The notes under the pieces were generated by a model, which saw nothing but the letters and a program-made list of their open reading frames with translations, was not told where the DNA came from and did no database searches. A DNA stretch of 63,467 nucleotides, the filler included, from Sphacelaria rigidula (lineage: Eukaryota): assembly GCA_964200075.2 (NCBI GenBank). It is 8 parts of 8 records of this genome, joined end to end, with 100 filler letters (N's around TTAATTAATTAA, not from the genome) between each part and the next. Parts side by side here need not be neighbours in the genome. Positions count along the whole stretch, not along the records: positions 39,733 to 47,577 come from CAXNAA020013260.1; positions 47,678 to 55,522 come from CAXNAA020013261.1; positions 55,623 to 63,467 come from CAXNAA020013262.1; 5 more parts are not named here. One strand, given 5' to 3'. The first letter of the stretch is position 1. Each line of letters begins with the position of its first letter. This document shows, in pieces, positions 46,841-60,889 of the stretch. The position numbers and the translations under genes were made by a program.

Positions 46841-48699
46841 CAAAAGATCGCCCCGGCCCACCCCCACCCCTTCCCTGGCTAGTCAGAAAAATATTTTAGG
46901 TCGTCTTTTTTTTCCCCCCTCTAGATTACCTCTTCTTGCTTGTTTTGGTGGCTCTATTTACCGTGACCAGATACAAGGCAATGTGATCGTTCCATTGTGA
47001 TGTAGTACGATGCATAACGGCGTCCACGATAGCATGACAATATAATCGCCTGCTTGCATGAATGCAGCGGACACGTGGCCGAAAATGGTTGCTATATCGT
47101 GGATACAGTATACTTCCTCTGTTCGGCAATATAGGCTCTCTCGGAAATATCGGGAATATAAGCTTGCTTCGGGAAGTATGCGAATAACGCGATTCTTGAT
47201 CAGGCCACCACCGGTATGTGTTCCGCACATTATTTGTACCATGTGCAAAAAAACGAAAAGCAGGGGATGACGTGATATCGCCCCCGGAAAAAAAGAACAC
47301 CCCCACGCAAGGTAACACCCCCCAGAATGAGCTGGTTGCCGGCGCTGCTCGTGTGCTGTTGTTTGGTCGGACCACAAAAAAAAGTGGTTCTACGAGCTCC
47401 GCCGAATTGGCACGAATTCCACCGAATAAAGCGATTGAAAAAAATTCAGGGGAAAGGCCTCCATCCGGTGGTTTTTCCTCTCTTCGGCCAGGGACTCTGT
47501 GGTCACCGAGGGTAAAAACAGCCGATCATCTATGTTGAGGATGGTGCTTTTCATTGAGGATGAGAACCCGGAGGATTNNNNNNNNNNNNNNNNNNNNNNN
47601 NNNNNNNNNNNNNNNNNNNNNTTAATTAATTAANNNNNNNNNNNNNNNNNNNNNNNNNNNNNNNNNNNNNNNNNNNNCGCATTAGAGTTACGTGCTGAGG
47701 GTTTGTTGAAAATCACATGCAGCAGCACATAGCCTATGGAGGAAGAAACTTGCAGTTGAGAGGAATATGGCTGTATCGAGAACCCAACTATGAAACAAAT
47801 AGCCCTGCATGTGCAGCATTTGGTGACGCTGCGACTACCCCACCCACAAACAAGTGCACCGGAGACGGTCCATCAACGGGTGACATGGCGTGTGTTCATC
47901 ATATATGTCGATGTTGTAGTTTCGGGCCTATGTGCTGGTTCGGGACAGGTGTTTTGGGCTCGCCATCGCTTTTGCGAAACGATATGTGTTCCTCCAGACG
48001 CCGTTCGTGGCTGGTTTCGAAACTGAGTCAGCCACAGAACCACAGTCACACTGAGGATATTTTATGAAACCTGCATCACCACGCGCTCGTCCGGCGATGG
48101 TCGCGCATACCAAGTTGTCGACCTATGTGCCATGTCGAAGTAATCAATGAAATGGGAAGAGGGTAACAGCATAACGAACCTTAGAACACGCAGAAATGTC
48201 GTTAGTACATAGTAGCGTGCTGTGTATGTGCCCTGCTTCATCGTTGTCGGGTAGTCATGCTGTCGACATTACACTATTGGAGAGGGGATTTCATTCGCAC
48301 AGCATTGCACGGGTGTGACTTATCGAGATGTACACATCACCTGGGAAGCTGTAATGAAGCTCGAGTCGTGATCGCAATCACCGATGGTCTGGAAGCACCC
48401 GCTGAACTGCGCCCTCGCCGATCATGCCCTCAAGACCCGCTAAGGTTATCTCTCCTGGCTTACCCCTGCTCTATTTTATCTCGTACGAGTACCGGCGAGA
48501 TTTCGCGTCGAACGGTTGCCCGACAATCTTCCCCGCAAAATCTTTGGCCCCTTGCCAAGCTGGCCTCGCACGGCGTTGGCCCTCTATGTACACTGTCGGT
48601 GCGCGAACCTTCCTCTGTAGCAACGTTCCCTCGGGGTATATGCCGCGCGCGAGGACGGGGGCTCTGTGGGTATCGGATGCCTCGAGAACGACCTCAGCA

Positions 48700-51600
48700 T
48701 GGTTGATGAAGGCCTGTGAAGGATTCAAGGACATTGATACGGCATTGCTGCGGGCATTCTCAATCGCTGACGTCTTCATCTTCCATATCGAAGGATCCTT
48801 CGTGCTTTGCAGACATGGGCATCCCCAGGGCGGCGATGGTCGCGAGGGGGACAGCTCGCTGGTTGTCGTTGCTCACGGTATCAGACGACACGTGGAACCG
48901 CGGCTCTTGTCTGTCACTCGCCATTGGATGTATATCGTGAATCCAAACCATGATGTCCACAAGAGTAAACATACCGTCGGACGAGACCGCCCCCTCCCAT
49001 GGGCATGGCGATCTTCGCGCGATCACAACAGGTACAAGGTCCCGGCCCCCTTTTTCGCTAGGATTAACGCGCATGAGCGCGGTAGAACCGGAAGGCACGT
49101 GACACTGCTTGCGCCGGAAAGTGTCTTCCAGTTCCAGCTCCCATGTACTGACTGGCTCATCCCGGTCTGTACGCCGCGCCCATTCCACTGGTGCCGGAAT
49201 CACTCCTTGCCGGATCAGTGGACACATGTGCCCCTGGCCAGTGCGGCATCTGTGGCACCTTCTCCGAGAAGAGGGAAGCAGTCAAAGTGGGTCGAGTAGT
49301 CCTCAGAGTCAGTAGGAGTCCTCCTGTTGTTTGTCTGTTGATAGCAAGTGGCGAGTGACAGTGGCTATTCACGGATGCTAGCAGCCCATGTGCTCTTTGT
49401 GCGGCGCCCGGTCGGGGTTGCTCTTCGCCTAATCTCATTTATTAGTCGACACAATCTCCTACCTACTATTCATCAAGTCATCTCAGGTAGAAACGGTTTG
49501 TAGCACATCCCCTACGCTTCTGTGGCTAGAGTCTCACCCGCAAGATAGCTGGTATGCTGCAACCACTCCCGGGGTGGACGTTGCGGCGATCCGAGATTTC
49601 GACATGCAACCGGTCACGTGGATAGCCCGAAGTGGCGATTGTGCAGATGGGCGTGTTGCCGCTACATCCGTTTCCCGGACGAACATCCCCTCCCGTCCGA
49701 GGAGTGTATTCTTCTGTTTTGTCAGCGCGAATGTTGTCGTTTCGTCGTTGGGGTCGTTCGCGCCCTGAGTTGCACATACACACGAGCAGACAATACGGGG
49801 TGTATGATTGGGATCAGTGCAACTTCATATAATGATGGCACTATCAATCAAATGGTGAGGCTTTGGGTCGTGCCCGGCCTCTCGCATCACTAATGCACGT
49901 AATACGCACGCGAGCGCTACTCCGCTGCGGACTCGTACTTCATGTGCAGAAATGCACGGCAATATACCCTTTGCAGCAGGCGATGTGACAATGACACTCA
50001 CCTTTCCGGCATTTGCCATCAGCAGCTGCCCACCACCTATCTTCCCGGAGAAGTCCTGCGCTGTAGTCTTATCAACTTCTCGAAGCTCGAAGTCTAGCTT
50101 AGGCGCAAGTTTTTCGAAGAGGTCGAAGGAGCTGAGGATCCGCATTCGCCCTGTAAGGACCTGATTCCTGGCGAATGTCTTCACCACGCCGCCTTCGCTG
50201 TCCGACACGCTCTTGCCGTGGCAGGCGGCAAAGTATTGTGCTTCGATGTGGATACGGCTGCCCGGTTGGTCGATGACATACACTTTACAGTCACCGATGT
50301 GCCCGAATGACGTCGCACACTTAAACTGTTTCCCGTAATTGTCCGTCACAACAGTCACACGCGTCATGGGTGTGGCTCCGACTCTCTCAAGCATGGAAGG
50401 TATTTATGTCTGTAGTAGTCGGGTGAAGGTGTGTTGCACCCAGGCATTGTCTTGCGATTTCTCGTCGCTCAGCACAACAAACGAGTTTACCCATACCTTA
50501 CCGTTGAGCTTGAAAAAAGCTGGGACCGGAAACAGCGTTGTGGAATCGCGATTCCAGTGTTGGGATTGAACCTCATACTGCTCATCATGTGTAAAGCGCT
50601 CTTGGAAGTCTGCCACCATGATCACGTGTCCGTCTTCGAGAGTAGCGATCAATTCATTGATGGCCATACGCTGGAGCTGTTTTTGTCGTCGATGAGGGAA
50701 TAGGCGTTCCGCAGTGGACCTCACATTTTTGAACAATTCAGTCACAGAACCACTCCTCCACACCACCGCCTGATTCGACCAAAGAAAGTTCACAAACAAA
50801 TGGTATGTGGTAGAGATGATCGTGAGATGGGTTCCAGTATGTTCGTCTCGTAGGCCGGGGTCTACAGGAAATGTGTACCTCACTTCATTATCGTTCATGG
50901 TAACCGCCCCTAAGGAAGGGATTACAGATACGCTTCTTCCGTGCTCATTTTCGCGCTAATTTATGTCGATATTCACGTGTGATATCGTCATTCCCGGCTT
51001 CGAAAACTGGCCTCAGGGGGGTAAGCTGGGCGAGCGGAAACGTATTGGATGACTTCAGGCTTGGATGGCTTTGTTAAATGCGGTATATGTGGTGACTATG
51101 TGTCGGACTATGCACTGCGTTTGTTTTCCTTATTCTCAATGGCGAAACTCGCGAGATACTACGCGAGTGGGAATACGTATATTTGGTGATACCAAGATGC
51201 ATTATCGACAGAGACTGGTTGCGATGAATGTTGATCTACGTAGTGAATTTGGTCATGCGAGCAATTCTCGACAGATACCAAGGAAAAGAATGTTGCTTGA
51301 ACGATCGGGGGTGGTGACGATTGTTTCCCTCGACGGGTGGCCGTCTCGAGCATTGGTGCGTGTGGCGAGATTTGGAGTGATCGCTTTTGAAGGTCTACGA
51401 TTGATCCGTCCCAGCGGCTGCGTACCAGCGATTTACACATTATGATGACACCATCGTATGTTGAATCTTACTATGAAAGGGGGGTGGGGGTTGATGGTAT
51501 GACGGAACAGTCTCATGTGTGTGGCTGACGACCTGTAACACTCGCGGTGCGCTTGTATTCGACTTAAAGCGGTGTATATGGGATGTGTGCATGCGCATTG

Positions 51601-53700
51601 ATCAGAAATGATGAGGTCAATAATCTGAAAACTGTTGCTGCTTTTTGACACGGTTCAACTTTTGTTTTCGTGAAGCAGGACGACGCCCAAGAACCCCCCC
51701 CCCGTTCTCTATCGTAAGATGACTCTTTCCACCTGGATCGCATTAACGTAAAACACACCTTTCGAGATTGTGTTTGCGTCCCCGTTCCTTGAGGCTCCCA
51801 TGACTCATCGCCGTCGTTGTCATCGTTGGCTCGGGGACGTCTGTCCTGCCGTTGCGGTCGCCGAATCTCGTTCCCCTTCTCATCCACAGGGACGAACGCC
51901 TCACATTTCATTTATGATCTTCGAACGAAGTCCGGTACACTCTCCACATCTTCCACAGACTATCGATGACGAGGGCAGTCGAAGAAGCGCTGTTGACGTT
52001 CGTCGATTCTTCGCATGATCCCATTACACATGCGCTCAGGTGTGTTGTGACCTCACTTACTCCCGTGGTCTTGTATAGCTTCACCCTCTCACATAGGAGC
52101 TTGTGGCAGAGCTCTCCCACGCTGTGGATGTCTTTAACGCTCATGGTTGGCAGGAAAGCTCTACATCCGCCGCTGGCGCAAAGGTCACACCGGCATGTGC
52201 ATGGCGACCCAGCAGTCTCGCCGCAGTGAAGTCGTGGCCACATTCGCACGAGCGATCTCATGATCAGCTTACCCTTGTAGCAATGTGAGCACAGACAGCA
52301 TCTCGCAGTCTGTTTGACTACATTGAATGGCATCAACGTCGCGAAGGTAGATCTTGATACGTGACCAGTCTCCACTTTTCCCTCCCGGAACTATGTGGTC
52401 ATCGCGGAGGCGGCAGCGCGGGACAGTAACAGATGTTTCACATGAGGTCCACGGCGGGAGGGCTGGTCTAACACGGTATGACACTCCTTCCACGCGGGTT
52501 AGCATATGATGGACTCGCAGGTCGGGTGTCACATGCTGCTGCGTCAACTCTGTTAAACTTTGTTACGTAAGCTCGTCCATGCGTTGTGGACATAGGGCGT
52601 CCTATCCCCGTTCACTAGCGGAGTGTCGACACTAAGCTGCATTCTCATGCGCTCCGGAGCGAACACGACGTCATATTTGATATCGGGCGGTGACGTCGAA
52701 TGTTACAAGTATGCTGCACTGTATATGCTCTACGTGATGAATATCTCGAGCCTACCGCCTCTTGTAGGGAATTATTAACTTTCTCGTGTAGCTCCGTCTC
52801 GGAGCCCAGCAGATAACGTACGCCCAACGTAGCGCACCTGTCGTGTTGGAGGCATTGGAGGGACCGGTCTACAGGGAATCGGCGATGCCGTCCTGCACTG
52901 AAGTCGTCTTTCGTCTTCGTGTCACAGGGAGATGGTTGCGTGTTATCGTCGATGACGTCGGCTATCATCGTTGTTGCCTTGGGATTCCGGATGTCGAAGC
53001 AGTCACAACGTCTCCGCCGTTTCCCCGTCCTGTCGAGAATGAAGGGTGCGTTTTTGAGAAGGTCTATATACGATAGACAGTGAGAGGAACAAGGTCATTG
53101 GCATGATACCGAAATACAGCCGATTTACTGTTGACGAGCGCATACATGTCATGGGTGGCCATCGCTCGCTATTCTGGTGTCGACCTCTCTCCACACACTC
53201 GCCACTGTTTCCGTACGCGATATTGGATGCTGCTAGTGTATATCTTTCGTACTTGCAATTACAATTCAGCGGCCTCTCCGGCAGTCAGTGCTCGTTTTCT
53301 TCTGGTTGAACACTCTCCCACGACAGGTCTCTGTAGTGGCCCGATTGCTTGGGTAAGGGCTCCGTGTGATACTCCACTCGCCGATATTGCTGCGCCGAGT
53401 ACTCGACGAGCACGTGACCCTGCCTTCGAGGCTACGATGGCGGGAGTAGATAGGCATTGGCTCATCTCCTTGATGGCCTCGACGATCGCCACCATATCTT
53501 CATTCGATGGCCCAGTGGCATGGACTACACCCTTCTTGCAAAATTTCTTCAAGTATCTGTGGTCGATGAGCGTCTTGATAACCCTATCTCGGGTGGCATC
53601 ATCCTCCTCTGATTCGCCATCCTCATCCCTTCACGTATGGTCGTTGCGGCGTTGTCGATAGATTCCAAGATTTTTCGCTGTATAGCATCGGATCTAGAAT
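48700..53700 (-). mobile_element. Intron-containing Sola2-like DNA transposase gene (pseudogenised)
   Basis: Core exon 50769-50002 gives VADFQERFTHDEQYEVQSQHW..TTLFPV, VLSD, TDNYGKQFK and YFAACHGKSVSDSEGGVVK (cf. Sola2 DFxEN..ExQSxHW, SDxxxxQFK, HGKxxxDGxGG), with one in-frame TAA at 50404-50406. Upstream exon 52390-51759 has SRSTFATLMP..CCLCSHC and a Cys-rich region with frameshifts. GT/AG borders are present; outer limits are approximate. Confidence 0.78.
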
Positions 53701-56499
53701 GTCTCCGTGTTGGTGCGGCTGATGACGCAGGCTCCATACTGCGTATATGATGTCTAATTGCAACAATATTGGGTAACTGATGCATCATGTTTGTCTCGTC
53801 GTCGGTTTTGCCAACCGGCGTTTGTGCGGTAGGTTCGTCTTGGATTTCACGACTCGAATGATGTGCGATTGTCGGTGGATGTTAATTACATCCTGCAATC
53901 CAGTCTAATTAGTCCATGTTAATATATGGGGGTTCATGTTCATAAATGCTGAGCGATGTTGTGCTTCAGGTCGATATGGACATGTACTTTCAAATACTCT
54001 TCTATATTCGCCGTATACTTCTATTATTATATCATTCTCTTGTTCTCGCCATATCGTATTCGGTTCCAACCGTGCGCTGTAAAAAATGATCGCGGGCGCT
54101 GAAGGGAGCGGGTCCACCACTTCGCGGTCGACTTATCATCTTCACCAATGTCGGCAACCAGTGTCACTCCGAGTTATGTCGGTCTAGTCATTTTTGGGTC
54201 GATGTGATAAGCATGTGGTGATAGTTACTTTGTGGCCTTTCGTCCGTTCAAGAAACTGGCCATTTGTCTCGTTGTCCCTGGGGGCCTAGAAGTTACCATG
54301 TCTTATGTGATGTAACGTTTGTCGATGTTTGTATGTTGTCCGGCGATTTATGGTATATTCTGAAACAATTGGGTGAATGGTTGCTGCGATGTGTGCTGTG
54401 ACACATGATGTGCGTTGCTCCTCATCTATAAAACTAGTCAATTTGTCAAACCGGATCCTTGCTACAGTATGGGTGATTTCTTGATTAATTTGGTTTATAG
54501 TGTCGTCTGCACTGACCTCCCCGGAGCCGGTCGTGTTCATGCGATCTATATATAAATAAAAAGACATGAGGCCGACAAAATATCCCGCCAGGAAATGGAA
54601 TAACTACTTGATGGTAAATAGGCAGCTGGGCATAAGTATATGGTATACTATTATGTGGGAAACAACATTATGAGAAGAAATCGTATAGGAATATATAAAC
54701 CGAATGAATGTAGAATAACATTACATTGAAGATATAAAATTTCAATGAAGATTATAAAGTCATGTTCCCCTCTATTCACGCTTGTTGTCTGGATTGCCGA
54801 AATGTTTTTAGGCCCACTCCTATGTGCAGTACATTCATCTTCCGTAATGTTGAGCTTTCGGTTGGTTGTCGCAGACGCATGTTTGACCTTTGGACAATGA
54901 GGGTGGTCTAGGTTGGTCACGGCTTTTTTTCGGTAGGCGACATTGATGTTGGTTCCCCAGATTGCCTATATTCGCCGTGTGCGGGTAGTTCATCTCGGTA
55001 CTATATTTCTTTCAGGAGAATTCTGTAGTTCATCCAGCGTGTGGCCTCTCGTTGTGGTGAACGGGAGGGGGGCTATATGGTTGTCTGTTGGGTCAAGTGC
55101 GTTTTTGATCTGGTAGAATATGTGACTTGGGAGGATGAGATCCTCCTCGAATATTTATGACATGAATTTCGTGCACGGAATATAAATCCAGATCTTTAGT
55201 GGGCCTACGCTCCAAGCGTGCTTCTAGCGTGCGCATAACGTGTTTTTGCCGACACTTATGCCTGTGGCGCCGAGTTGAGGTCTTGCGACGCACACATTGT
55301 GTGGGAAACATGTTTCACCCCCTTCCCCGGGGTATCGTCGGATGTCTTCGTTTGAGGTCCGGGTTGTGGTTGGTGTTACGGTTAAAGTTTGGTCGGAAAT
55401 TTAAATATCCGAGAAGTTCCTATCTTGATGAATTTACCTCTTGACAACAAATTGTGCGAATAGAGGTTTAACTCCGAGATGAGGCGCAAGCCTAAAACAG
55501 TGCTTCCCCCACACTTTCAGCGNNNNNNNNNNNNNNNNNNNNNNNNNNNNNNNNNNNNNNNNNNNNTTAATTAATTAANNNNNNNNNNNNNNNNNNNNNN
55601 NNNNNNNNNNNNNNNNNNNNNNAGTGTTGAACGTGCCGAGTGTACGCAGCGTGCGTTTGGACATCGCACCATGACTACTGCCACGAACGCCCCTGACTAC
55701 CGTAGAGCAATTGTTGGGCGATGGCGGTCGCCTCACCGTCGAAGTACTTGTCTACATTTACGTGCGTACCATATTCGTGGCCGCCGCTCGCGTGTTGCGC
55801 CATGACGATCTATATCAGATCGAGATGCTAGAGCTAGTAGGACCCTCAGGCAGTACTGAACAGAGAGACACAGTGTACCGAATATGCTCAAACACCTGCT
55901 TTTTGGTTATATAATCTAGTGTTGATTTGGTATGATCAAAATGATATTTGAGGGTAGACGACGAATATGTCTACAATAGACATTGTCCTGTATACAGGGC
56001 TGCACCTACCGTGCAATGATATACAGCATAAAAAGATGATTGATTTTTTTTTTTTTATTGATTGATTACCTCACATTGAGTCTAGTGAAACAAATATTCC
56101 TGTAAGCATGTGAACTACAATGTCCTCGATGCGGAGCTGTACCTTTATATGGTGGTTGCCTTTTGATTCTTCATCGTGACAGGGGATCAGCACTGCCTTT
56201 CCCTCGTCGACCGTCTGCGGGATATATGGCTAGGTAGGTAGGTAGCTAACTAGGCGACATCATCTGGCAACACCACAGACTGTACTATTTGTTGTCGAAA
56301 CAAGACCGTACAGTTCATAAAGTTTGCAACCATGTGGTTGGACGGCTCGGGGGTTTCTACTCTAGTCATTTCGAAACAAGATCGTGCAGTCCAATATATC
56401 CGCAGCCATGGGTTCGGAGGGCTCAAGTGTTTCTACCCGAACACAAGAATAATTACATGCAAGTGCACTAACGACTGCCGCACCCGAGCGGAATTTACG

Positions 56500-57494
56500 G
56501 CTAGGTAGCTGAGAATGAGTTGGACGGAGTTTGCATGGTCCTGTGAACAGGTGTTATCTGGCGTGGTGGTCTGTAAGATATGAGTGAGGCCCCGCTTCGT
56601 GCCTTTCAACCGCATGTTTTCGATCGCAAACGATTGTTTTACACACTTTGCACCACCCCACAGACACGAGCCTAGCCCACTTTTCATGTTCGCTTGGCTC
56701 CAAGGTTTCGAGAGTGGCTGCCAAACATATTCCGAGTGCAATAAAATCTATGGCGATCTCCACAGATTATTGGGCAGGGTGATGTTGGCAAGCACAGATT
56801 ATTGCACACGACTTATTATTAAGCTGCCAATCTCGAAACCTCGGAGCCAACCGAATCTGAAAAGTAGGGTAAGCTCCGCTCTGTGGGGTGATGCAAAGTG
56901 TCCGAGACGTGTGCTGGTGATTTTCTCTGTCTGAGGGTCAAAATGTGGGTTCAAGGTCCCAAAAGTGAAGAATCCGTGGGCCAAAAATCTGTTTGCCATA
57001 CACATCCGGCCTTTATACCGTAGGGCCATTTTTCATGAAAAAAGGTGAAAGATCGGAGCGTAGCGGAATCTAAGGTTTGTGGAGCGGGCACGAAAGTGAA
57101 CAATCTCTTCATGACCGTAGGGCCAGGGACAGACATTACAGTACAGTGTTTTTTTGTCGACAGCTTCACTATAAAATAGCACGATGTCGCTCATGCTGGC
57201 TGTGTTGACTGCTCGTATCGTGTCATACTCGTCGTGCCCGCCACCGATTTCGAACTCGGTAGTATTCTGTGTACTGAGACGGTTGCTACCACACTACTGT
57301 CACGTGAGTTTGTTGTATGCGGTATGGCACAAACCGTATGCATGGTATGGGGGCATGGTATGCTGCACACGCTGCACTGCTTGCGACACAACTACTGTAC
57401 CAAGCGGCGGTCGGCTGAAGTAAGGGTTGATACCCCTGTTATTTCGATATTTTTAATATCTTCAGCTACTGTGCGTGTGCGTGCGTGCGTGCGT

Positions 57495-57547
<53 letters not shown>

Positions 57548-57870
57548 CATCCCATCTATCCTGCACGGGTGGCCACTGGGGTGCCTGTAACCTCAAATTT
57601 GGACGTTACAGACGTCGCACAAGGTCTGTAACGTCCAAATTTGAGGTTACACGCACCCCAGTGGCCACCAGTGTGTACCTCGACGGAATTATTTACGTAA
57701 TAGTTCACCGTAGGTGGGACGAGCACAAAATGCAGATGATGACCACGATGATACACCACCGTCTTCACGCGGGCTTGATGATGGCCTCGGGTGTACAAAT
57801 CCCCAGGATTTTCTACAAACTAAAGGGTGGGGTTTTGAAAACTGATTTCACCGAAATATTCTGAGAAAAG
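56500..57870 (-). repeat. Dispersed repeat family, copy 2 (paralog of 6250-7760; segment ~56950-57013 also matches ~31798-31860)
   Basis: Same matches as copy 1. GTCCCAAAAGTGAA.AATCCGTGGGCCAAAAATCTGT is shared with the start of contig 5. Includes a (GCGT)n(GT)n tract at ~57470-57544. Confidence 0.85.
57564..57673. mobile_element. 110-bp hairpin MITE with CAC...GTG ends and 2-bp TG target-site duplication
   Basis: 50-bp arms with 2 mismatches and a 10-nt loop, flanked by TG on both sides. The empty site ATCCTGTAC is present in the paralog (reverse complement of ~6440-6448). Confidence 0.85.
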
Positions 57871-59266
57871 TAGTCCGGAACGACTTCTCTCAGAGACTTT
57901 TGTCAGTCTAGGAGAAGCGGCCTTACACAAGTCATAATGTCTCAATAGATTCTGAACAGATTTGAGCAAGGTCGCGCACAACGTGCACAGCTGATGAGCA
58001 GCTACGCATATGCCACACATGTCGAACTTATTGCCGCCCAACAATTGTACGATCTTCCATTCGTTTTACTCAAGTTAGTCAACTTTATCCGGGGCCACCA
58101 TCCGATTTTTTGTACAGCCACGATCACTACTATACATGGAGATAAAACAGCCTATCTTGACCATATATTTTCGACTTGCGTCACCCCCGGGAGGCCCGTA
58201 CCAACCTCCCGAAGGGGAAACTTGTATGTATATATATATATATATATGTATTCTTACTGAAAAGCTGGTTCAATTACTCATGTCATGAACTCTCAAAAAC
58301 AATTTCAGGTACATTTGAATAAAAAAATGAATTCTTCAAACATCTGTATGTCGATGTGCCCGGTCAAAAATGTCATCGTTGTTGGATTTAAGGTGCACAA
58401 TCAAGCATGAGCTCTTTCGAGAATGTAAGGATAAATCGAGCACAATTTCCACTTCACGAGCAATGCTTTCGGTGATATTACCAACATAAATGGACGACGT
58501 TGCCATAATAATCGGTGCAAGCCCGTGTACATCATGACGGTCGCAAGGGGCCGTTTCGTCGTGGCAAATATTAGCAGCGAACGGAATGTCGACTCGCCGC
58601 GTCTGATGAAACACTTCTCCATTTTCTCTTTATTTCCGAAAAGGCAGCAACAAATATTCGCCGTAGTCCTTAGCAAGTCGCATATTCCCCTCGATTGGTG
58701 GCCCAGCACTATGGTCGTGGTGTACAGTACCGTACAATTTTCACCTTGTAGAAAACAATGTTCCCCGCCGTTCCTGCAGTATCTATACGTAACACATTAG
58801 GATGAGGGCGGTGACCGGGAAATTCGCACGCCGTACGATACGGTGTATAGCACCCTCGTGCAAAAGAAAGCTGAGATCCGAACACTCATCGCGTGAGCAT
58901 GCCGAATACGGAGGGTGTCATACAACGCGCCCCGGTACAGTACTCGAGGTATCTGCGTGATATCAAAAACCACAAAAGCTACTACCCGCGAGGTGATGTG
59001 CAACGCACCTAAAGTGTATATATACCGTAATGAAACAAAGGAGCCCTCTAAGAAGAGGTGCTCTGGACAGAAGGGAATATGTAGTAGCTATTTTTGTATC
59101 AAACTCGTATACCCTTCAATCACCACACATCAACCGCGGAAGCTCCACCCGAGCTGCTCTCTCACCCCAAAATGCAGTATGCAGTGAAATTGACAAAAAT
59201 AAATTACTGAAGCTAGCGAGCACGACTGCACCGTGGGTTCCCTTATATGTCGTACATCCAGTCATG

Positions 59267-59318
59267 ATACAATATCCGGTGTCGCATACAATATCCGGTG
59301 TCGCATACAATATCCGGT
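59267..59318. repeat. 19-bp tandem repeat (ATACAATATCCGGTGTCGC) x ~2.7
   Basis: Seen directly. Confidence 0.9.
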
Positions 59319-59763
59319 ACCCTTGGTATACGATCAATCTGCCCCTCATGTACCCGAATTAATCGAAGAACATGTGTACTAGTGTTCAGCTCGGCAATAC
59401 TCAATTTACTGTCCAGCGCAATCAAGACTATGGGTGGTGGAAAGTGAACTGCCACACAGTGACGTGGCCCTAAAAGTATCGCACACCATGGACAATGACC
59501 AAACATGATGAATAGATGCAATAGACCAAAAATGTTCTGGGTCAAGTATAAGTCTGTAGTAAGTATTGTCGGTCGACAACAGTTGCAATAGGCCTATACT
59601 CGACCCGGTACATTTTCTGTCTGTCACATCTATTCACCATGTATCGTCATTGTCCAAGGTGTGAAACACTGATGGGACAATGAAGGAAACAACAGCGCTG
59701 CCCTTGGTTGATTGATATCGGATTCCTATGCAGGTCGAAGCCCTCGTATTCGAACAAACTCAC

Positions 59764-59847
59764 CGCCTTGAGAATATCTTCCCTTTCTTCCGCGTCGGGA
59801 AAGCCGCAGTACAGCTGACGATCCAGCCGCCCCGGTCGTAGCAGCGC
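59764..59847 (-). CDS. Single exon of a CDC48-clade AAA ATPase, most similar to peroxin PEX1 (D2 second region of homology)
   Basis: CAG|ALLRPGRLDRQLYCGFPDAEEREDILKA|GTGAG, 84 nt in phase 0. LLRPGRLD is the arginine-finger SRH. The following YCxFP pattern favours PEX1 (inference). Confidence 0.8.
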
Positions 59848-60889
59848 CTGATTTTTGTTCACACATATAGAGTGTACATACGTTCAGATGTAGGACTATA
59901 TGACTGCTATCGACAACAGAAAGGGTGCGGTATACGAAGCACCTACTGTAAAACTCCCACAACGCAAGGAAGAAGGCTCATTTGTTTTCCATGTCCGGGA
60001 TCCTGTGTACTGACTCCTTCGAGCGGTGGTGCGCAGGCAGTATCAACGAAACCCTTCGCATAATAAAACAATTGCACCGCGCGATTTCGCTATTTTGCGC
60101 CGACTTGTCGAAGCACTGCCGATGCATTTTGTGATATCCACACGACGGTAATCAGAGTGTGGCTGCTACCCTCAGGAAGCTCACAGTCGCAGACATCCGA
60201 CAAAATGGGGGTATCCCCCTTGTGTGCCACGAATGCGTGCTGGATTCGGGCACATGAACCAAAAAGCAGGCCTTCACTCCATAGGACAACATTACATTCG
60301 ATCACTTAGTCATATACTCGTAATTTGGGCAATTCATTCTTGTTACTAACATTACTGTTTTTAGACATTAGCACGATCTCTCGAAGACGTGGTCACAGAG
60401 GCAAAAAGCATATCACTATTTCGAGGATCATACGACTTTTCATGTACACAACAAAACGTCATGACTAGATAGCCCATATCAATCACATCGATATGATTAA
60501 CATTCTTTATGTGTCCCCTTGATAAATATCCGCTGATGTCATGAAAAGATTTGGTTGGGTGACGACAATCTGACGATAATAACCACGGCGGTGAGGTTTT
60601 GAAGTTGCGCAGGCAGTGCGCAGCAGGCAACATGCAGCAATCACCAGAAAGCACCAGACAGGCGAACAAAAGCAGCCGAAGCAACGGCGAAATAAATGTC
60701 CCGGATTGTAGATATTAGACAGAAATTGGTGTCAGCGGACCACGCAGACAAACGGCATCCATTCTACTCGTGGAATACAGTAGTGACGAGAGTTAGGACG
60801 GCTCCGAACACATGATGGGTGCGAACAATCAGTTGCACTCGCGTTGCCCGCGTACTGGGGGGTCGGTGCGCAGTTATTCGGGAGCTTAC

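Noticed and set aside
48424..49299. 291-aa plus-strand ORF
   Set aside because: No recognisable motif. Most likely antisense to the C-terminal region of the Sola2-like gene.
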